Shown: positions 38,394 through 48,613 of the stretch, piece by piece
Layout of the letters: the number at the start of each line of letters is the position of its first letter
How positions within the stretch are numbered: position 1 is the stretch's first letter
Source: a virus
Strand: one strand, 5' to 3'
Virus record (IMG/VR): IMGVR_UViG_3300042569_003487
Coordinates: 77,926-141,925 of that record
DNA length: 64,000 bases
Program-made: the position numbers and the translations under genes
The notes under the pieces: model-generated
The model's input: only the letters and a program-made list of their open reading frames with translations
The model's database searches: none
Told to the model about the DNA's origin: nothing

Positions 38394-41300
38394 TTGTCAG
38401 AAATCGACAGTCTTATTGAACAAATTAAATGCGAGCTAAGAGAAAACCCCTTCTTTTCTGAAGGGGATCTTGCTGCTTTAGATGCATGTTTACCTAGCTC
38501 AGATGAATTAGAAAATGCTCAAATTGAAGCTATTGAAGAAATAGTTGCGGAAAATCCCTGTGCTAAAAAATCAATTGATGCAATAAATTCAGAGCTAGAA
38601 AAAAACGATGCAAAATTAAAGGCTGCAGTCAAAGCAAAATACGTAATATCTAGATTACAAGAACTTAGAGACCTTCTTTACCCAGCTGAATATTTTTATA
38701 AAACCAGATCAGAATTTTTTAATAAGATTATCAAAGACCTAGATAATAGGTTTACTGTAGCTGGTGCAAACTACAATACAGAATTTACTAATATTTTAAA
38801 TAAGTATGAACTAAATTCATATAAATTTAATGCAGTTGCAACAACAACAACAATATCAGCAATTGATCAATTAAACAAAGATATTAAGTCTCAAATTGAA
38901 GATTATTTTAGTAAAAGAACCTTTGCTGTTACTAATACTGATCCAATTAAATATTCATATAATTCAGATAATCCAACATTTTCTATAAGTCTTCCTGGAA
39001 AGGATGGATTTTCTATTAAGTCTTCTGAAAATCAAAAAACAGGAAAGGTTGATTCTTTTGGTAATTCTGAAACCAAGCAAGTTGAAGTTAATGTTAAAAT
39101 TTTACCAGAAGATTCAATTTATGAAACTAAAGATAAAGTTTTTCAAAAACGTACCCTTAATTTAGTTAACATCTCTTCACAAAGGTATACAGATAAATCT
39201 GCAACTGATTCACTATATCCATTTTCTGGACATCTTGCAAATTTCTATAAGAAAATTGAAGACCCTCTTACTCTTTTCACACTAGAAGAAAAAGGATTAA
39301 CCACTGATTCTGTAAAAACTGATAAAAATCTTACCAAAGAAAAATTAGATGGAATTGTTAAAGAGCAAAGAGCAGATGGAAGAGAAGAACAATTTTATAT
39401 TGAAAATACAGAAACCTATCAAAAATTTTATGAAAATCTTGAACCTAAGATTGAGGAAAGAATTGAGGCTGAACGTACTAAATTTAGAAAAGGTCTAATT
39501 GAAACAGGTAAGCTAATAAAATTATCAAATCTTGCTAAAAAACAGGTATTTGATTTAGTTAACAATAGTCAGTTAATATCTACTCCAACTGAAAAGCTTA
39601 TCGTTAATGGTAAAGAGATTAAACCTAGCGAATACGGCCAACAGATTAGAGATAAAATTCAAAAGAGCGCCGACGAAATTTCTAAATTAGTTAAAGACAT
39701 TGAAGCTCGTATTGCCGCTATTAAAAAAGCAAACACGCCAAATCCAGATGATTTAGCAAGCGCTCTTTCTGCAACCGGATGTCTTCCCCCAACTGAACCT
39801 CCATGTAAATCTTTACCTAAAGCTGGATCTGACCCATTGGGTTATAAATCAATGACTATTCCAGCAACAATGGCTCAACCAGATTATACTTGTAATTGTT
39901 ATTGGAAAGAAGTTACTAAACACCTAAATAAATTAAATCTACTTCCAATTCCAGATATAATGCGATTGCCGGCACTTAGATATTGGCCAGTAGGAATCTT
40001 AATTCCTTTGCCTGTTCCAATTAGAATTCCGCTTCCTCAAATTTGGAAACATATTATAACATTAAATTTACCATTTGGTACACTTGTTGTTTGGTATATT
40101 CAATGCGGAATAGTACCATCTCCAATTGTTATGTACATCGGGCCAGATGGAAAAAAGATTATTCTATTAGGATTTAGAGCGCTTCAAGGTCAATTTGATC
40201 CAGTTGGCTATACAATTAACGAAAGCCCTAAACAACCAGCTCCGCTTGGAGTTACCCTTAGTGAAATTGGAAAACCTACTGGAACTTCAATTAAAACTCT
40301 AACGTTTGGCACGATTTTACCAGATTCAGTCATGGAAAAAACTGCGAAAGTTATAGCTAAGGCTCAAGTAATTACAGAACTTGTTACTGAAGGTAGACTA
40401 ATGCCAAATGGCTTTAATATTCCATTTAAGCTTGGCGAAAAACCTAATTTTAATACCGGTGACGCTGACCTACTTAGTCAAGTTGCAGATGGAGTTGAGG
40501 ATTTTCAGTTATTTGTTGAAAATCTTAGTCGACGTATTTGTAGGAAAATTGATGAAATTGGAGATATCGATTTACCTAATTTTACTCTAGCTCTAGTTGA
40601 TGCTGAACAAGCTGCTAAAGATAGAGCTCAAATATTAAGCGGCCTACCATATAATTTTGATTCAGCTTGGTTAAATTGTGATCCAGCTAACCTATCAAAT
40701 AATATACCAGCTGATGTTATTACAAGTGCAAATACTGATGCTGGCACGCAATGTAAAGAAGTTATTCTATCACTTTCATTAGATTTAGATAGTTTTTTAG
40801 ATAAACTCAAACTAGGAACATATAAATTTCCAAAAAAGAAAGGAAAACAAATTAAACCACAAGCATTTTTAGATGAAATTGTTGATAATTTAATTGAATA
40901 CTTATCTGATACAAACTTTGGAAAAAGCAGAAATATTAATTTAAATAAAAGATTTAGAAAAGCTATGCAAGATCTAGACTTGGATGCAGAAATTGATGCA
41001 ATCCAAGCTAGCGTTGATCTTAGTAAAAATGAAGACTTAATTGCATTTAAGAAAACCCTAAAGAAATACGTAGATGAAATTTGTGATGTAATGTCTGGTA
41101 AAAATATAAAGGTTGATAAAACTAAGCCAGCCTTTAAGCGAAGAGTCAATAATGAAAGAAAGCGCAGAATCCGATTTAATTTAATAAATGGAATCAATAT
41201 TAAAGATATGGTTGGGTCTACTCCAAATAAAGACGATAAAGATTTGTTAATAGACATGTTTAAACAACAAATTGCAAAATCGAACATTGATCCAACTGCT

Positions 41301-42635
41301 ATTACTGACTCGGAATTATTTAATATTATAGAAACTTCTCCAAAGATTAATGATGATTATAAGAAAAGCCATGTTAAACAGGAGCAAATTACTAGAGACT
41401 ACACGAAAAAAGCTCTAAAGCGAAAGGGCGGATCCTTTGATAAATTATCATTCGATAGCGAGGCAGATTACATGGATAGTAAAATGACAATAAAGGAAAA
41501 TAAAGTAAGTCAATTTATCTATGATGCGGAAGTGCGTAAACGTGAAAGAATTTCCGAGATATTAGGTCAAACTATATTGGGATTAACCAAAGATATTCAA
41601 AAAAATTTAGGACAAATTACCCAAATTGTTAAGCCTAAATGCTGCCCAGATCAATTAGAACTGCCTCAATTTATAGACCCATTAGTGTTAGCGTTAGTTA
41701 TGTCATTTAAGCAACTTGCTCATACTGCAATTGATGCATTAACTACTGAAATATTAGGTCAAATTTTTGGTCAAGTTTTTCAATTAACAAAAGATACAGT
41801 TAAAGCAGTTGTTGATCTAGTAGCAAAAAACATTCCGGATATAGATCTACCACTAAATGGTGCAGCCTTTATTAAATTAATCATAAACGCTCTTAAACCG
41901 TTTTTACCGTTACTTAGAATTCCATTAGGGCCTCTTCCTAGAACGCTTGGAGTTCCTCAGCTAACCCTTAACCTAGATTCGATTGTTAAACCTCTACTCA
42001 AAAGTGCAATCCAAATTTTATTAGACAAGCTACTAAGCTATTTTCCATTTAAGGTTTGTGATTTGCCGTTTACCACAATTTCATCAAACATACTTAACGC
42101 AATTGTTAGAGGAATAAAGTCTGCCCTTAAACGAGCTATTATGGAATTAATTTCAGTAATATTAGATCCACTTCAATCAATATTTAAACTTTTAAATTTA
42201 ATAAAAAGTGTTAAAGGTGCATTTACTTCACTATTTGATATGACCAATCCATTTCTTAAAATTTATAAAATGATTAAAGAAATGTTAGAAAGAGAACTGC
42301 CAACCGCCGCGTTTATTAAATCAATAAACTCTCTATTACTATTAGCACAATTAGAAGCACTTAAAGTTTTAGATAAAGCTTCTAAAAATTTACCAGATAT
42401 TGCTGTGTATCTTCCAATTGCAGCGGGGTCTTCATTGGGGCTTGGCCCAATCCTAAGGTCAGCAGTCCACCCCATTCTAAATCAAGATGACCTTCCTACT
42501 TGGGATAGACTTAGTCTAAAGAATCCATTATACGTAATGTTTTTAGATGATTTAGCACATAAAGCAAAAGCCTCAACTGGTTCAATTCTGGGACAAGATT
42601 TTCTTGGTACACCAGTCTATATTCCGACACCTTAA
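38394..42635 (+). CDS. Large hypothetical protein (probably late/virion) with Pro-rich hydrophobic and amphipathic segments
   Basis: 1413-aa ORF with TTG start; no recognisable catalytic motif. Confidence 0.7.
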   Translation: MSEIDSLIEQIKCELRENPFFSEGDLAALDACLPSSDELENAQIEAIEEIVAENPCAKKSIDAINSELEKNDAKLKAAVKAKYVISRLQELRDLLYPAEYFYKTRSEFFNKIIKDLDNRFTVAGANYNTEFTNILNKYELNSYKFNAVATTTTISAIDQLNKDIKSQIEDYFSKRTFAVTNTDPIKYSYNSDNPTFSISLPGKDGFSIKSSENQKTGKVDSFGNSETKQVEVNVKILPEDSIYETKDKVFQKRTLNLVNISSQRYTDKSATDSLYPFSGHLANFYKKIEDPLTLFTLEEKGLTTDSVKTDKNLTKEKLDGIVKEQRADGREEQFYIENTETYQKFYENLEPKIEERIEAERTKFRKGLIETGKLIKLSNLAKKQVFDLVNNSQLISTPTEKLIVNGKEIKPSEYGQQIRDKIQKSADEISKLVKDIEARIAAIKKANTPNPDDLASALSATGCLPPTEPPCKSLPKAGSDPLGYKSMTIPATMAQPDYTCNCYWKEVTKHLNKLNLLPIPDIMRLPALRYWPVGILIPLPVPIRIPLPQIWKHIITLNLPFGTLVVWYIQCGIVPSPIVMYIGPDGKKIILLGFRALQGQFDPVGYTINESPKQPAPLGVTLSEIGKPTGTSIKTLTFGTILPDSVMEKTAKVIAKAQVITELVTEGRLMPNGFNIPFKLGEKPNFNTGDADLLSQVADGVEDFQLFVENLSRRICRKIDEIGDIDLPNFTLALVDAEQAAKDRAQILSGLPYNFDSAWLNCDPANLSNNIPADVITSANTDAGTQCKEVILSLSLDLDSFLDKLKLGTYKFPKKKGKQIKPQAFLDEIVDNLIEYLSDTNFGKSRNINLNKRFRKAMQDLDLDAEIDAIQASVDLSKNEDLIAFKKTLKKYVDEICDVMSGKNIKVDKTKPAFKRRVNNERKRRIRFNLINGINIKDMVGSTPNKDDKDLLIDMFKQQIAKSNIDPTAITDSELFNIIETSPKINDDYKKSHVKQEQITRDYTKKALKRKGGSFDKLSFDSEADYMDSKMTIKENKVSQFIYDAEVRKRERISEILGQTILGLTKDIQKNLGQITQIVKPKCCPDQLELPQFIDPLVLALVMSFKQLAHTAIDALTTEILGQIFGQVFQLTKDTVKAVVDLVAKNIPDIDLPLNGAAFIKLIINALKPFLPLLRIPLGPLPRTLGVPQLTLNLDSIVKPLLKSAIQILLDKLLSYFPFKVCDLPFTTISSNILNAIVRGIKSALKRAIMELISVILDPLQSIFKLLNLIKSVKGAFTSLFDMTNPFLKIYKMIKEMLERELPTAAFIKSINSLLLLAQLEALKVLDKASKNLPDIAVYLPIAAGSSLGLGPILRSAVHPILNQDDLPTWDRLSLKNPLYVMFLDDLAHKAKASTGSILGQDFLGTPVYIPTP

Positions 42636-42638
42636 TTA

Positions 42639-42665
42639 AAACTACTAGTACTTTATCGGTATAAT
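42639..42665 (+). promoter_or_regulatory. Putative pre-replicative promoter AAAC-N16-GTATAAT
   Basis: Intergenic, upstream of the S1-like gene. Confidence 0.5.
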
Positions 42666-42691
42666 ATTTTAGATTATTCAAATTTAAAAAT

Positions 42692-43870
42692 ATGACTTAT
42701 ACCAACGAAGAACTTGAATTTATTTTTGCACAAGGAAACGCGAAAGTAAACAAAGCTGTTAAATTGACTGCTGCTGATAAAAAAGCCGGTGTTAAAATTT
42801 TCTGTAAAGAACCGTACGCTCAAGAGATGTACGATCGTTATTTTAGCTCTGAAGCAGGCCATCCAATGCCAGCTGGAAATAAAGATATTCCAGTAGGAGA
42901 AATTAGAACTGTTAGCATTAAGAAAATTGACTTTGCAATGTCAATGGTAGAAATGGAAGATGCGTCGACTATGACTAGTATCTTTGTTCCATTTAGAGAA
43001 TTTTCACAAGAACCTTCTTTAAGTCTTTTAAATGAAGATAAAGATCGTAAATACAAAGTTATGATCTATAAATCAAATATGAGCGAGATTCTAGGTTCAG
43101 AAAAACGTTGTGCTGCTCTTACTCTTAGAGAAGACGTTGAATACTTTGCTAAAAATAATAAGTGGTTCTACGTTAAAGTGGTTGAACTTATTAAAGGCGG
43201 TTACCTTGCAATCTATAAAAACCAAATCAAATGTTTCCTTCCAGGATCTCATGCTGCAGCAAACGTAATTAGAGACTTCTCTGAATACTTGCACAAAGAA
43301 ATTCCAGTTATGGTTGAAAACTTTGATTCAGTTAATAACTTATTCATTGTTTCATACAAGAAATACATTAAGGAAACTCTTCCTCAAAAAGTATCTGATC
43401 TTTCATTTGGTCAGAAATATACAGGGACTCTTACCAATAATCCATACGATTTTGGAGTCTTTGTTGAATTCCAAAACTACTATACAGGACTTATACACAA
43501 GTCAGATTTTGAAAATGACGCTGCCTTTAGAGAATTTAGTAAAGGCTTACGTTCAGGCGATCAAATTGACTTCTGGGTTAAAGACGTTGTACAGAAGAAA
43601 GGAGATTATCGAATTATACTTACAGTAAATCCGGAATCAATCGATCCAGTTAAGAAAAGCTGGCAAAGCCTTAAAGATGGCATCGAGGGTCAAACATTAG
43701 ATTACTCTTATGAAAAGGGTTCTATGAAAATGACTCTACCAGATGAACAAACCATCTCTGTTTCAGTTTCATCTCAAGTAATGCAAGGTCGTTCAGCAGA
43801 AGGCCAGGTATTAATTCAAAAAGTTGATGTTTTGAAGCAAAATTTAGGGTTCGAGATACTAGGTAATTAA
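42692..43870 (+). CDS. Ribosomal protein S1-like multi-S1-domain RNA-binding protein
   Basis: KGGYLA...CFLPGSH...IVSYKKY and G...DFGVFVEF...GLIHKSD...GDQI S1 repeats. Confidence 0.8.
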   Translation: MTYTNEELEFIFAQGNAKVNKAVKLTAADKKAGVKIFCKEPYAQEMYDRYFSSEAGHPMPAGNKDIPVGEIRTVSIKKIDFAMSMVEMEDASTMTSIFVPFREFSQEPSLSLLNEDKDRKYKVMIYKSNMSEILGSEKRCAALTLREDVEYFAKNNKWFYVKVVELIKGGYLAIYKNQIKCFLPGSHAAANVIRDFSEYLHKEIPVMVENFDSVNNLFIVSYKKYIKETLPQKVSDLSFGQKYTGTLTNNPYDFGVFVEFQNYYTGLIHKSDFENDAAFREFSKGLRSGDQIDFWVKDVVQKKGDYRIILTVNPESIDPVKKSWQSLKDGIEGQTLDYSYEKGSMKMTLPDEQTISVSVSSQVMQGRSAEGQVLIQKVDVLKQNLGFEILGN

Positions 43871-43894
43871 GTATATTAAGATAAATATCTTTAT

Positions 43895-44035
43895 ATGACA
43901 CACGGCAAAATTACACCAGATGTTACGTTGAAAGCACGTCAAATTACAGAGAACAGCGCAGCTTATCACAAATCAACATCCATTTTTAAAGCCCAACCGA
44001 GTCAAACTTTATTCACCTTTAAAAAATTAAATTAA
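43895..44035 (+). CDS. Small 46-aa ORF (MTHGKITPDVTLKARQ...FTFKKLN)
   Basis: Manual translation; fills the gap before nrdB; GATAAATA at 43880-43887 directly upstream. Confidence 0.45.
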   Translation: MTHGKITPDVTLKARQITENSAAYHKSTSIFKAQPSQTLFTFKKLN

Positions 44036-44041
44036 AAAAAA

Positions 44042-45004
44042 ATGGAACCGATTCTAACTGAGAATCCGAACAGGTTTGTCATCTTCCCTATCCAGCACCA
44101 TGACCTTTGGGACTTCTACAAAAAGTCTGAAGCGTCTTTCTGGACAGCAGAGGAAATTGACTTAGCCGCGGATCTAACTGACTGGAGAACTAAACTTAAC
44201 GACGAAGAGCGTTATTTTATTAAAAATGTTTTAGCTTTCTTTGCCGCATCTGACGGTATTGTAAATGAGAACCTAGCTGAGAATTTTGTGAGAGAGGTAC
44301 AATACCCTGAAGCTAAATTTTTCTATGGCTTTCAAATTATGATGGAGAATATCCATTCTGAAACATATTCTCTTCTTATTGATACTTATATTAATGACGA
44401 AGAAGAAAAAGCAAAATTATTTAACGCAATTGATACAATCGATGCCGTTAAGAAAAAAGCGCAATGGGCGCTAAAATGGATTAAGAGCGATTCTTTTGCA
44501 GAGCGCCTAATTGCATTTGCCGCAGTTGAAGGTATTTTCTTTTCTGGTTCTTTTTGTTCAATCTTTTGGTTAAAGAAACGTGGTCTTATGCCAGGTCTAA
44601 GCTTCTCAAACGAGCTTATTTCAAGAGACGAAGGTATGCATACAGACTTTGCCGTACACTTACATAATAATCATATTGTAAATAAAGTTTCTGAAGCAAA
44701 AATTAAAGAAATTATTCTTTCTGCTTTGGAAATCGAAAAAGAATTCATTACTGAGTCTCTTCCAGTTAGACTCATCGGTATGAATGCTGATCTAATGAAG
44801 CAGTATCTAGAATTTGTTACTGATAGATTGCTTCTTGACTTAGGTTGCAGTAAAGAGTTTAATGTTCAAAATCCATTTGACTTTATGACTAACATTGCAC
44901 TTAAAGGAAAAACTAACTTCTTTGAAAAAAGAGTTGGTGAATACCAAAAGGCCGGCGTAAAATCTGCGATTGTGCAAGATTTTTCTACCGATGAAGATTT
45001 TTAA
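44042..45004 (+). CDS. nrdB: Ribonucleotide reductase class Ia beta subunit
   Basis: [53 protein letters not shown]. Confidence 0.98.
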   Translation: MEPILTENPNRFVIFPIQHHDLWDFYKKSEASFWTAEEIDLAADLTDWRTKLNDEERYFIKNVLAFFAASDGIVNENLAENFVREVQYPEAKFFYGFQIMMENIHSETYSLLIDTYINDEEEKAKLFNAIDTIDAVKKKAQWALKWIKSDSFAERLIAFAAVEGIFFSGSFCSIFWLKKRGLMPGLSFSNELISRDEGMHTDFAVHLHNNHIVNKVSEAKIKEIILSALEIEKEFITESLPVRLIGMNADLMKQYLEFVTDRLLLDLGCSKEFNVQNPFDFMTNIALKGKTNFFEKRVGEYQKAGVKSAIVQDFSTDEDF

Positions 45005-45025
45005 AAAATAGAGACACAGAAAAAA

Positions 45026-47434
45026 ATGAAGGTTACAAAAAGAGATGGCTCATTAGAGACACTAAAACTAGATAAGATCACCAACCGTATTAAAAAACAA
45101 ACATACGGTTTAAATTTAGATTTCGTAGATGCCCTAGAAGTTGCAACTAAAGTTGTAGCAGGTATCTATGATGGAATTACTACAGTTGAACTGGATAATT
45201 TAGCAGCTGAAACATCAGCTTCTTTAAATCACGTACATCCAGATTATTCATATCTTGCAGCTAGAGTTGCAATTACCAGATTGCACAAAACAGTTAGCAA
45301 GAAATTTTCAGAAGTAATTGAGGCTTTATATTCATATACTGATCCAAAAACTGGTCTTCCAGCTGGATTAATTAATGATGATGTAATTAAAGCAGTTCGC
45401 AAACACGCCGATATTTTAAATGAATCTATCTTACATGATAGAGATTTTAATTTTGATTACTTTGGATTTAAGACTCTAGAAAAGAGTTACCTACTTAAGA
45501 TCAATGGTCAGACAGCTGAAGCTCCTCAACATATGTACATGAGAGTTGCAGTTGGTATTTGGGGAGATGATATTCAAAATGTTCTAAAGACATACGAACT
45601 ATTATCTACTCATAAAATGACCCATGCTACGCCTACTCTATTTAATGCTGGAACAAAAAGACCTCAATTATCTTCTTGTTTCTTATTAACTATGCAGGAA
45701 GATTCTATTCAAGGAATTTACAAAACCCTATCTGACGTTGCTGCAATTTCACAAAATGCAGGCGGTATTGGATTAGCTATTCATAATGTTAGAGCAACCG
45801 GTTCTTATATTAAAGGAACCAATGGTACTTCTAATGGAATTGTTCCAATGCTTAAAGTATTTAACGAAACTGCTAGATACGTTGATCAAGGCGGTGGAAA
45901 ACGCAAAGGTTCATTTGCAATTTATCTTGAACCTTGGCACGCTGACGTTGAAGATTGGTTAGACCTTCGTAAAAACCATGGTAAAGAAGAGCGCAGAGCT
46001 AGAGATCTTTTCTTAGCTCTATGGACTCCAGATTTATTTATGGAAAGAGTTGAAGCCGATGCAGATTGGACTCTATTTTGTCCGGCCGAAATTGGTGTTG
46101 AACTTTGGGAAATGCATGGTCAAGAATTTAGAGATAATTACGAAAGACTTGAACGTGAAGGTAAAGGTCGCCGTACAATAAAAGCAAGAGCTCTTTGGCA
46201 AAAAGTATTAGAATCTCAAATTGAAACCGGAACACCTTATATTCTTTATAAAGATGCGGCCAATGAGAAATCTAACCAAAAAAATCTAGGTACAATTAAG
46301 TCTTCTAACTTATGTACTGAGATTATGGAATACACAAGCAAAGACGAACAGGCTGTTTGTAACTTAGCTTCAATTGCAGTTAATCAATTTATTAAGTTTC
46401 CAGAAAAGAGATCTTTAAAACAGCGTAGAGCCCATGCAGAATATGATCACCAAGCCCTATACGATGTTACATATCAAACTACCTTAAATCTTAATAAAGT
46501 AATTGATATTAATTTCTATCCAACTCCAGAGACTAAAGCTTCTAATATGAAGCATCGTCCAATTGGAATCGGTATTCAGGGAATGGCAGATACTTTTGCA
46601 ATTTTAGGTTTACCTTTTACATCAGATGAAGCTAAGAAATTAAATGAAGATATTTTTGAAACAATTTATTTTGCTTCAATGAAAGCTTCAGCTGATCTTT
46701 CTAAAAAACTTGGAGCGTACGAATCATTTGAAGGAAGCCCATTAAGTGAAGGTAAATTCCAATTTAATCTTTGGGGTTTCGAAGATTCTCAACTTTCAGG
46801 CAGATGGGATTGGTCAGCCCTTAGAAAACAAGTTATGAAAACTGGTGCTCGTAATTCTTTATTGTTAGCTCCAATGCCGACTGCATCAACCGCTCAAATC
46901 ATGGGTAATAATGAAGCGTTTGAAGCATTTACCTCAAACTTGTATACTAGAAGAACACTTTCTGGAGAATTTGTTATTGTTAACAAACATCTAGTAAGAG
47001 ACCTAGTTGAATTAGATTTATGGTCAGATAATTTAAAAAATAAAATTATTACTGAAAAGGGGTCAATTCAAAATATTGCAGAAATCCCAGTTGAAATTAG
47101 AGAAATCTATAAAACTGTATGGGAATTAAAGCAAAGAGAAGTAATTGATATGTCAGCAGATCGTGGTAAATTTATTTGTCAATCACAATCGCTTAACCTT
47201 TTTATTAAGGACGCAAATGCTGCAAAATTAACTTCTGCTCATTTCCATTCTTGGAGAAAGGGCCTTAAAACTGGAATGTATTATTTAAGAACAGAATCTG
47301 CAGTTGATGCTATTGCTGGTCTTGGAGTAGACTCTGCTGCACTAAAGCAGTCAACTCTATCTGCTGAACAAATCCAAAGCGATCTAGTTTGTTCGCTTGA
47401 TAATCCAGACGATTGTATTGCCTGTTCTTCTTAA
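45026..47434 (+). CDS. nrdA: Ribonucleotide reductase class Ia alpha subunit with ATP cone
   Basis: VTKRDG ATP cone, QLSSCF, SNLCTEI, APMPTAST, KTGMYYLR, C-terminal CIAC. Confidence 0.98.
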   Translation: MKVTKRDGSLETLKLDKITNRIKKQTYGLNLDFVDALEVATKVVAGIYDGITTVELDNLAAETSASLNHVHPDYSYLAARVAITRLHKTVSKKFSEVIEALYSYTDPKTGLPAGLINDDVIKAVRKHADILNESILHDRDFNFDYFGFKTLEKSYLLKINGQTAEAPQHMYMRVAVGIWGDDIQNVLKTYELLSTHKMTHATPTLFNAGTKRPQLSSCFLLTMQEDSIQGIYKTLSDVAAISQNAGGIGLAIHNVRATGSYIKGTNGTSNGIVPMLKVFNETARYVDQGGGKRKGSFAIYLEPWHADVEDWLDLRKNHGKEERRARDLFLALWTPDLFMERVEADADWTLFCPAEIGVELWEMHGQEFRDNYERLEREGKGRRTIKARALWQKVLESQIETGTPYILYKDAANEKSNQKNLGTIKSSNLCTEIMEYTSKDEQAVCNLASIAVNQFIKFPEKRSLKQRRAHAEYDHQALYDVTYQTTLNLNKVIDINFYPTPETKASNMKHRPIGIGIQGMADTFAILGLPFTSDEAKKLNEDIFETIYFASMKASADLSKKLGAYESFEGSPLSEGKFQFNLWGFEDSQLSGRWDWSALRKQVMKTGARNSLLLAPMPTASTAQIMGNNEAFEAFTSNLYTRRTLSGEFVIVNKHLVRDLVELDLWSDNLKNKIITEKGSIQNIAEIPVEIREIYKTVWELKQREVIDMSADRGKFICQSQSLNLFIKDANAAKLTSAHFHSWRKGLKTGMYYLRTESAVDAIAGLGVDSAALKQSTLSAEQIQSDLVCSLDNPDDCIACSS

Positions 47435-47440
47435 TAAATA
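47433..47440 (+). promoter_or_regulatory. Late promoter AATAAATA
   Basis: Overlaps the nrdA stop, upstream of a CTS-bearing gene. Confidence 0.55.
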
Positions 47441-47458
47441 GAATAAAGACCAATTATT

Positions 47459-47893
47459 ATGCTTAAGAACTTTACTTCCTGGTTAACTGAACAAGCCGAT
47501 CCAATGGCACCAGATGCAGCAATGCCTGTTCCAGGTGAAGCCGGAGCCCCAGCTGCAGCACCGGGTGAAAAGTCTCAAATTAGAGCAATTTTAATATCTA
47601 ATCCAATTGGATCAGTCGATAAACCTGGCGACATGACAACTAAACAATATAATGAATATGTTTTAGACATGGACCGAGTTAAAGAATGGATTGAAAAGAA
47701 TGCAAAAGATTCTTCTCAAGATATATTAGACTATTTAAATGGAAAGGACGTTGATATTAAAGATTCACATAAGAAATTTACAGCAGCAGTTCAAGCAAAT
47801 GAGTTTGGAAAGCCTCAAACTGTAATTGATGTAGATTTTACAAAAGATGGAGAACCAACAACAAAAGATATTAATTTAATATTTTTAGCATAA
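47459..47893 (+). CDS. Putative internal head protein with a capsid-targeting-like N-terminus
   Basis: MLKNFTSWLTE resembles the T4 CTS MKTYQEFIAE. Confidence 0.5.
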   Translation: MLKNFTSWLTEQADPMAPDAAMPVPGEAGAPAAAPGEKSQIRAILISNPIGSVDKPGDMTTKQYNEYVLDMDRVKEWIEKNAKDSSQDILDYLNGKDVDIKDSHKKFTAAVQANEFGKPQTVIDVDFTKDGEPTTKDINLIFLA

Positions 47894-48555
47894 TGGAGCT
47901 TAGTGAAATTTCTCAAAATGTAACGGACGATATCCTTCGATTAATTCAGAAAAATTCTGGAAAGATCGGAAGATATCGTTCTTTTACTTTAGAATATACG
48001 AAGCCTCTTTATTTTGAATTAACTGTAAATATTAAAGTTACCGAAACTCTATTTGGATCAAGAGATTTATATTTTAAGAATATTCCATCTGAAGTTTTAA
48101 AATTTGAAAGATTTGGCCATGCAATAGACGGGGACTCCTTTGGTGGAGACTCAGAAGATGGGGCCGAAATTGAAATTTCAGTTGCAGTTGATCCAACTCA
48201 AATAACTTCACAAAAATTAAAGTCTAGACTACTTGATGTAGTTAGACATGAACTTGAACATATTGTTCAGCGAGGCCCAAATTTTTCAGCTGATCATAAA
48301 GTTAAAATACCTAGACCAATTACTAGAGAATCTGCAAAGTCAGATTATCGCTATTTTATCTTAAGCGATGAAATACCTGCACAAGTTAGAGGACTCGCTG
48401 AAGAAGCTCAGCACTCTGGCCAAACAGTTAAAGAATGTGCAATTGAATACTTAACCCCATTCCTAGAACTAGGATTTATTACCCAGGAGCAAATCAATAT
48501 TGTTCTCAACACCTGGAAAAACTGGGCAATCCAACATAATATTAAATTCGAGTAA
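47893..48555 (+). CDS. Zincin-like metallopeptidase-domain protein
   Basis: VRHELEH (HExxH) with a downstream DEIPAQ glutamate. Confidence 0.55.
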   Translation: MELSEISQNVTDDILRLIQKNSGKIGRYRSFTLEYTKPLYFELTVNIKVTETLFGSRDLYFKNIPSEVLKFERFGHAIDGDSFGGDSEDGAEIEISVAVDPTQITSQKLKSRLLDVVRHELEHIVQRGPNFSADHKVKIPRPITRESAKSDYRYFILSDEIPAQVRGLAEEAQHSGQTVKECAIEYLTPFLELGFITQEQINIVLNTWKNWAIQHNIKFE

Positions 48556-48581
48556 AACTTTGGCAGTTTATTGGGTAAAAT
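48555..48581 (+). promoter_or_regulatory. Putative pre-replicative promoter AAAC-N16-GTAAAAT
   Basis: Intergenic, upstream of the SSB gene. Confidence 0.45.
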
Positions 48582-48613
48582 ATCTATAATAAACTTAAAA
48601 AACCAAAGTAACA

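Noticed and set aside
40628-41287. 219-aa antisense ORF and similar shadow ORFs (14002-14445, 28710-29099, 43314-43628, 53483-53704 and others)
   Set aside because: They lie within long genes, have shadow-frame composition, and show no promoters or motifs.
44042-47434. Introns, inteins or homing endonucleases in nrdA/nrdB
   Set aside because: Both genes are continuous and of normal length; nrdA has only a short basic loop insertion.
36754-47434. Bacterial chromosome or eukaryotic giant-virus origin suggested by groEL, S1, RNR and TSP1
   Set aside because: gp55, gp32, gp41, gp47, UvsX, tail sheath, T4-type late promoters and bacterial terminators identify a T4-related phage.
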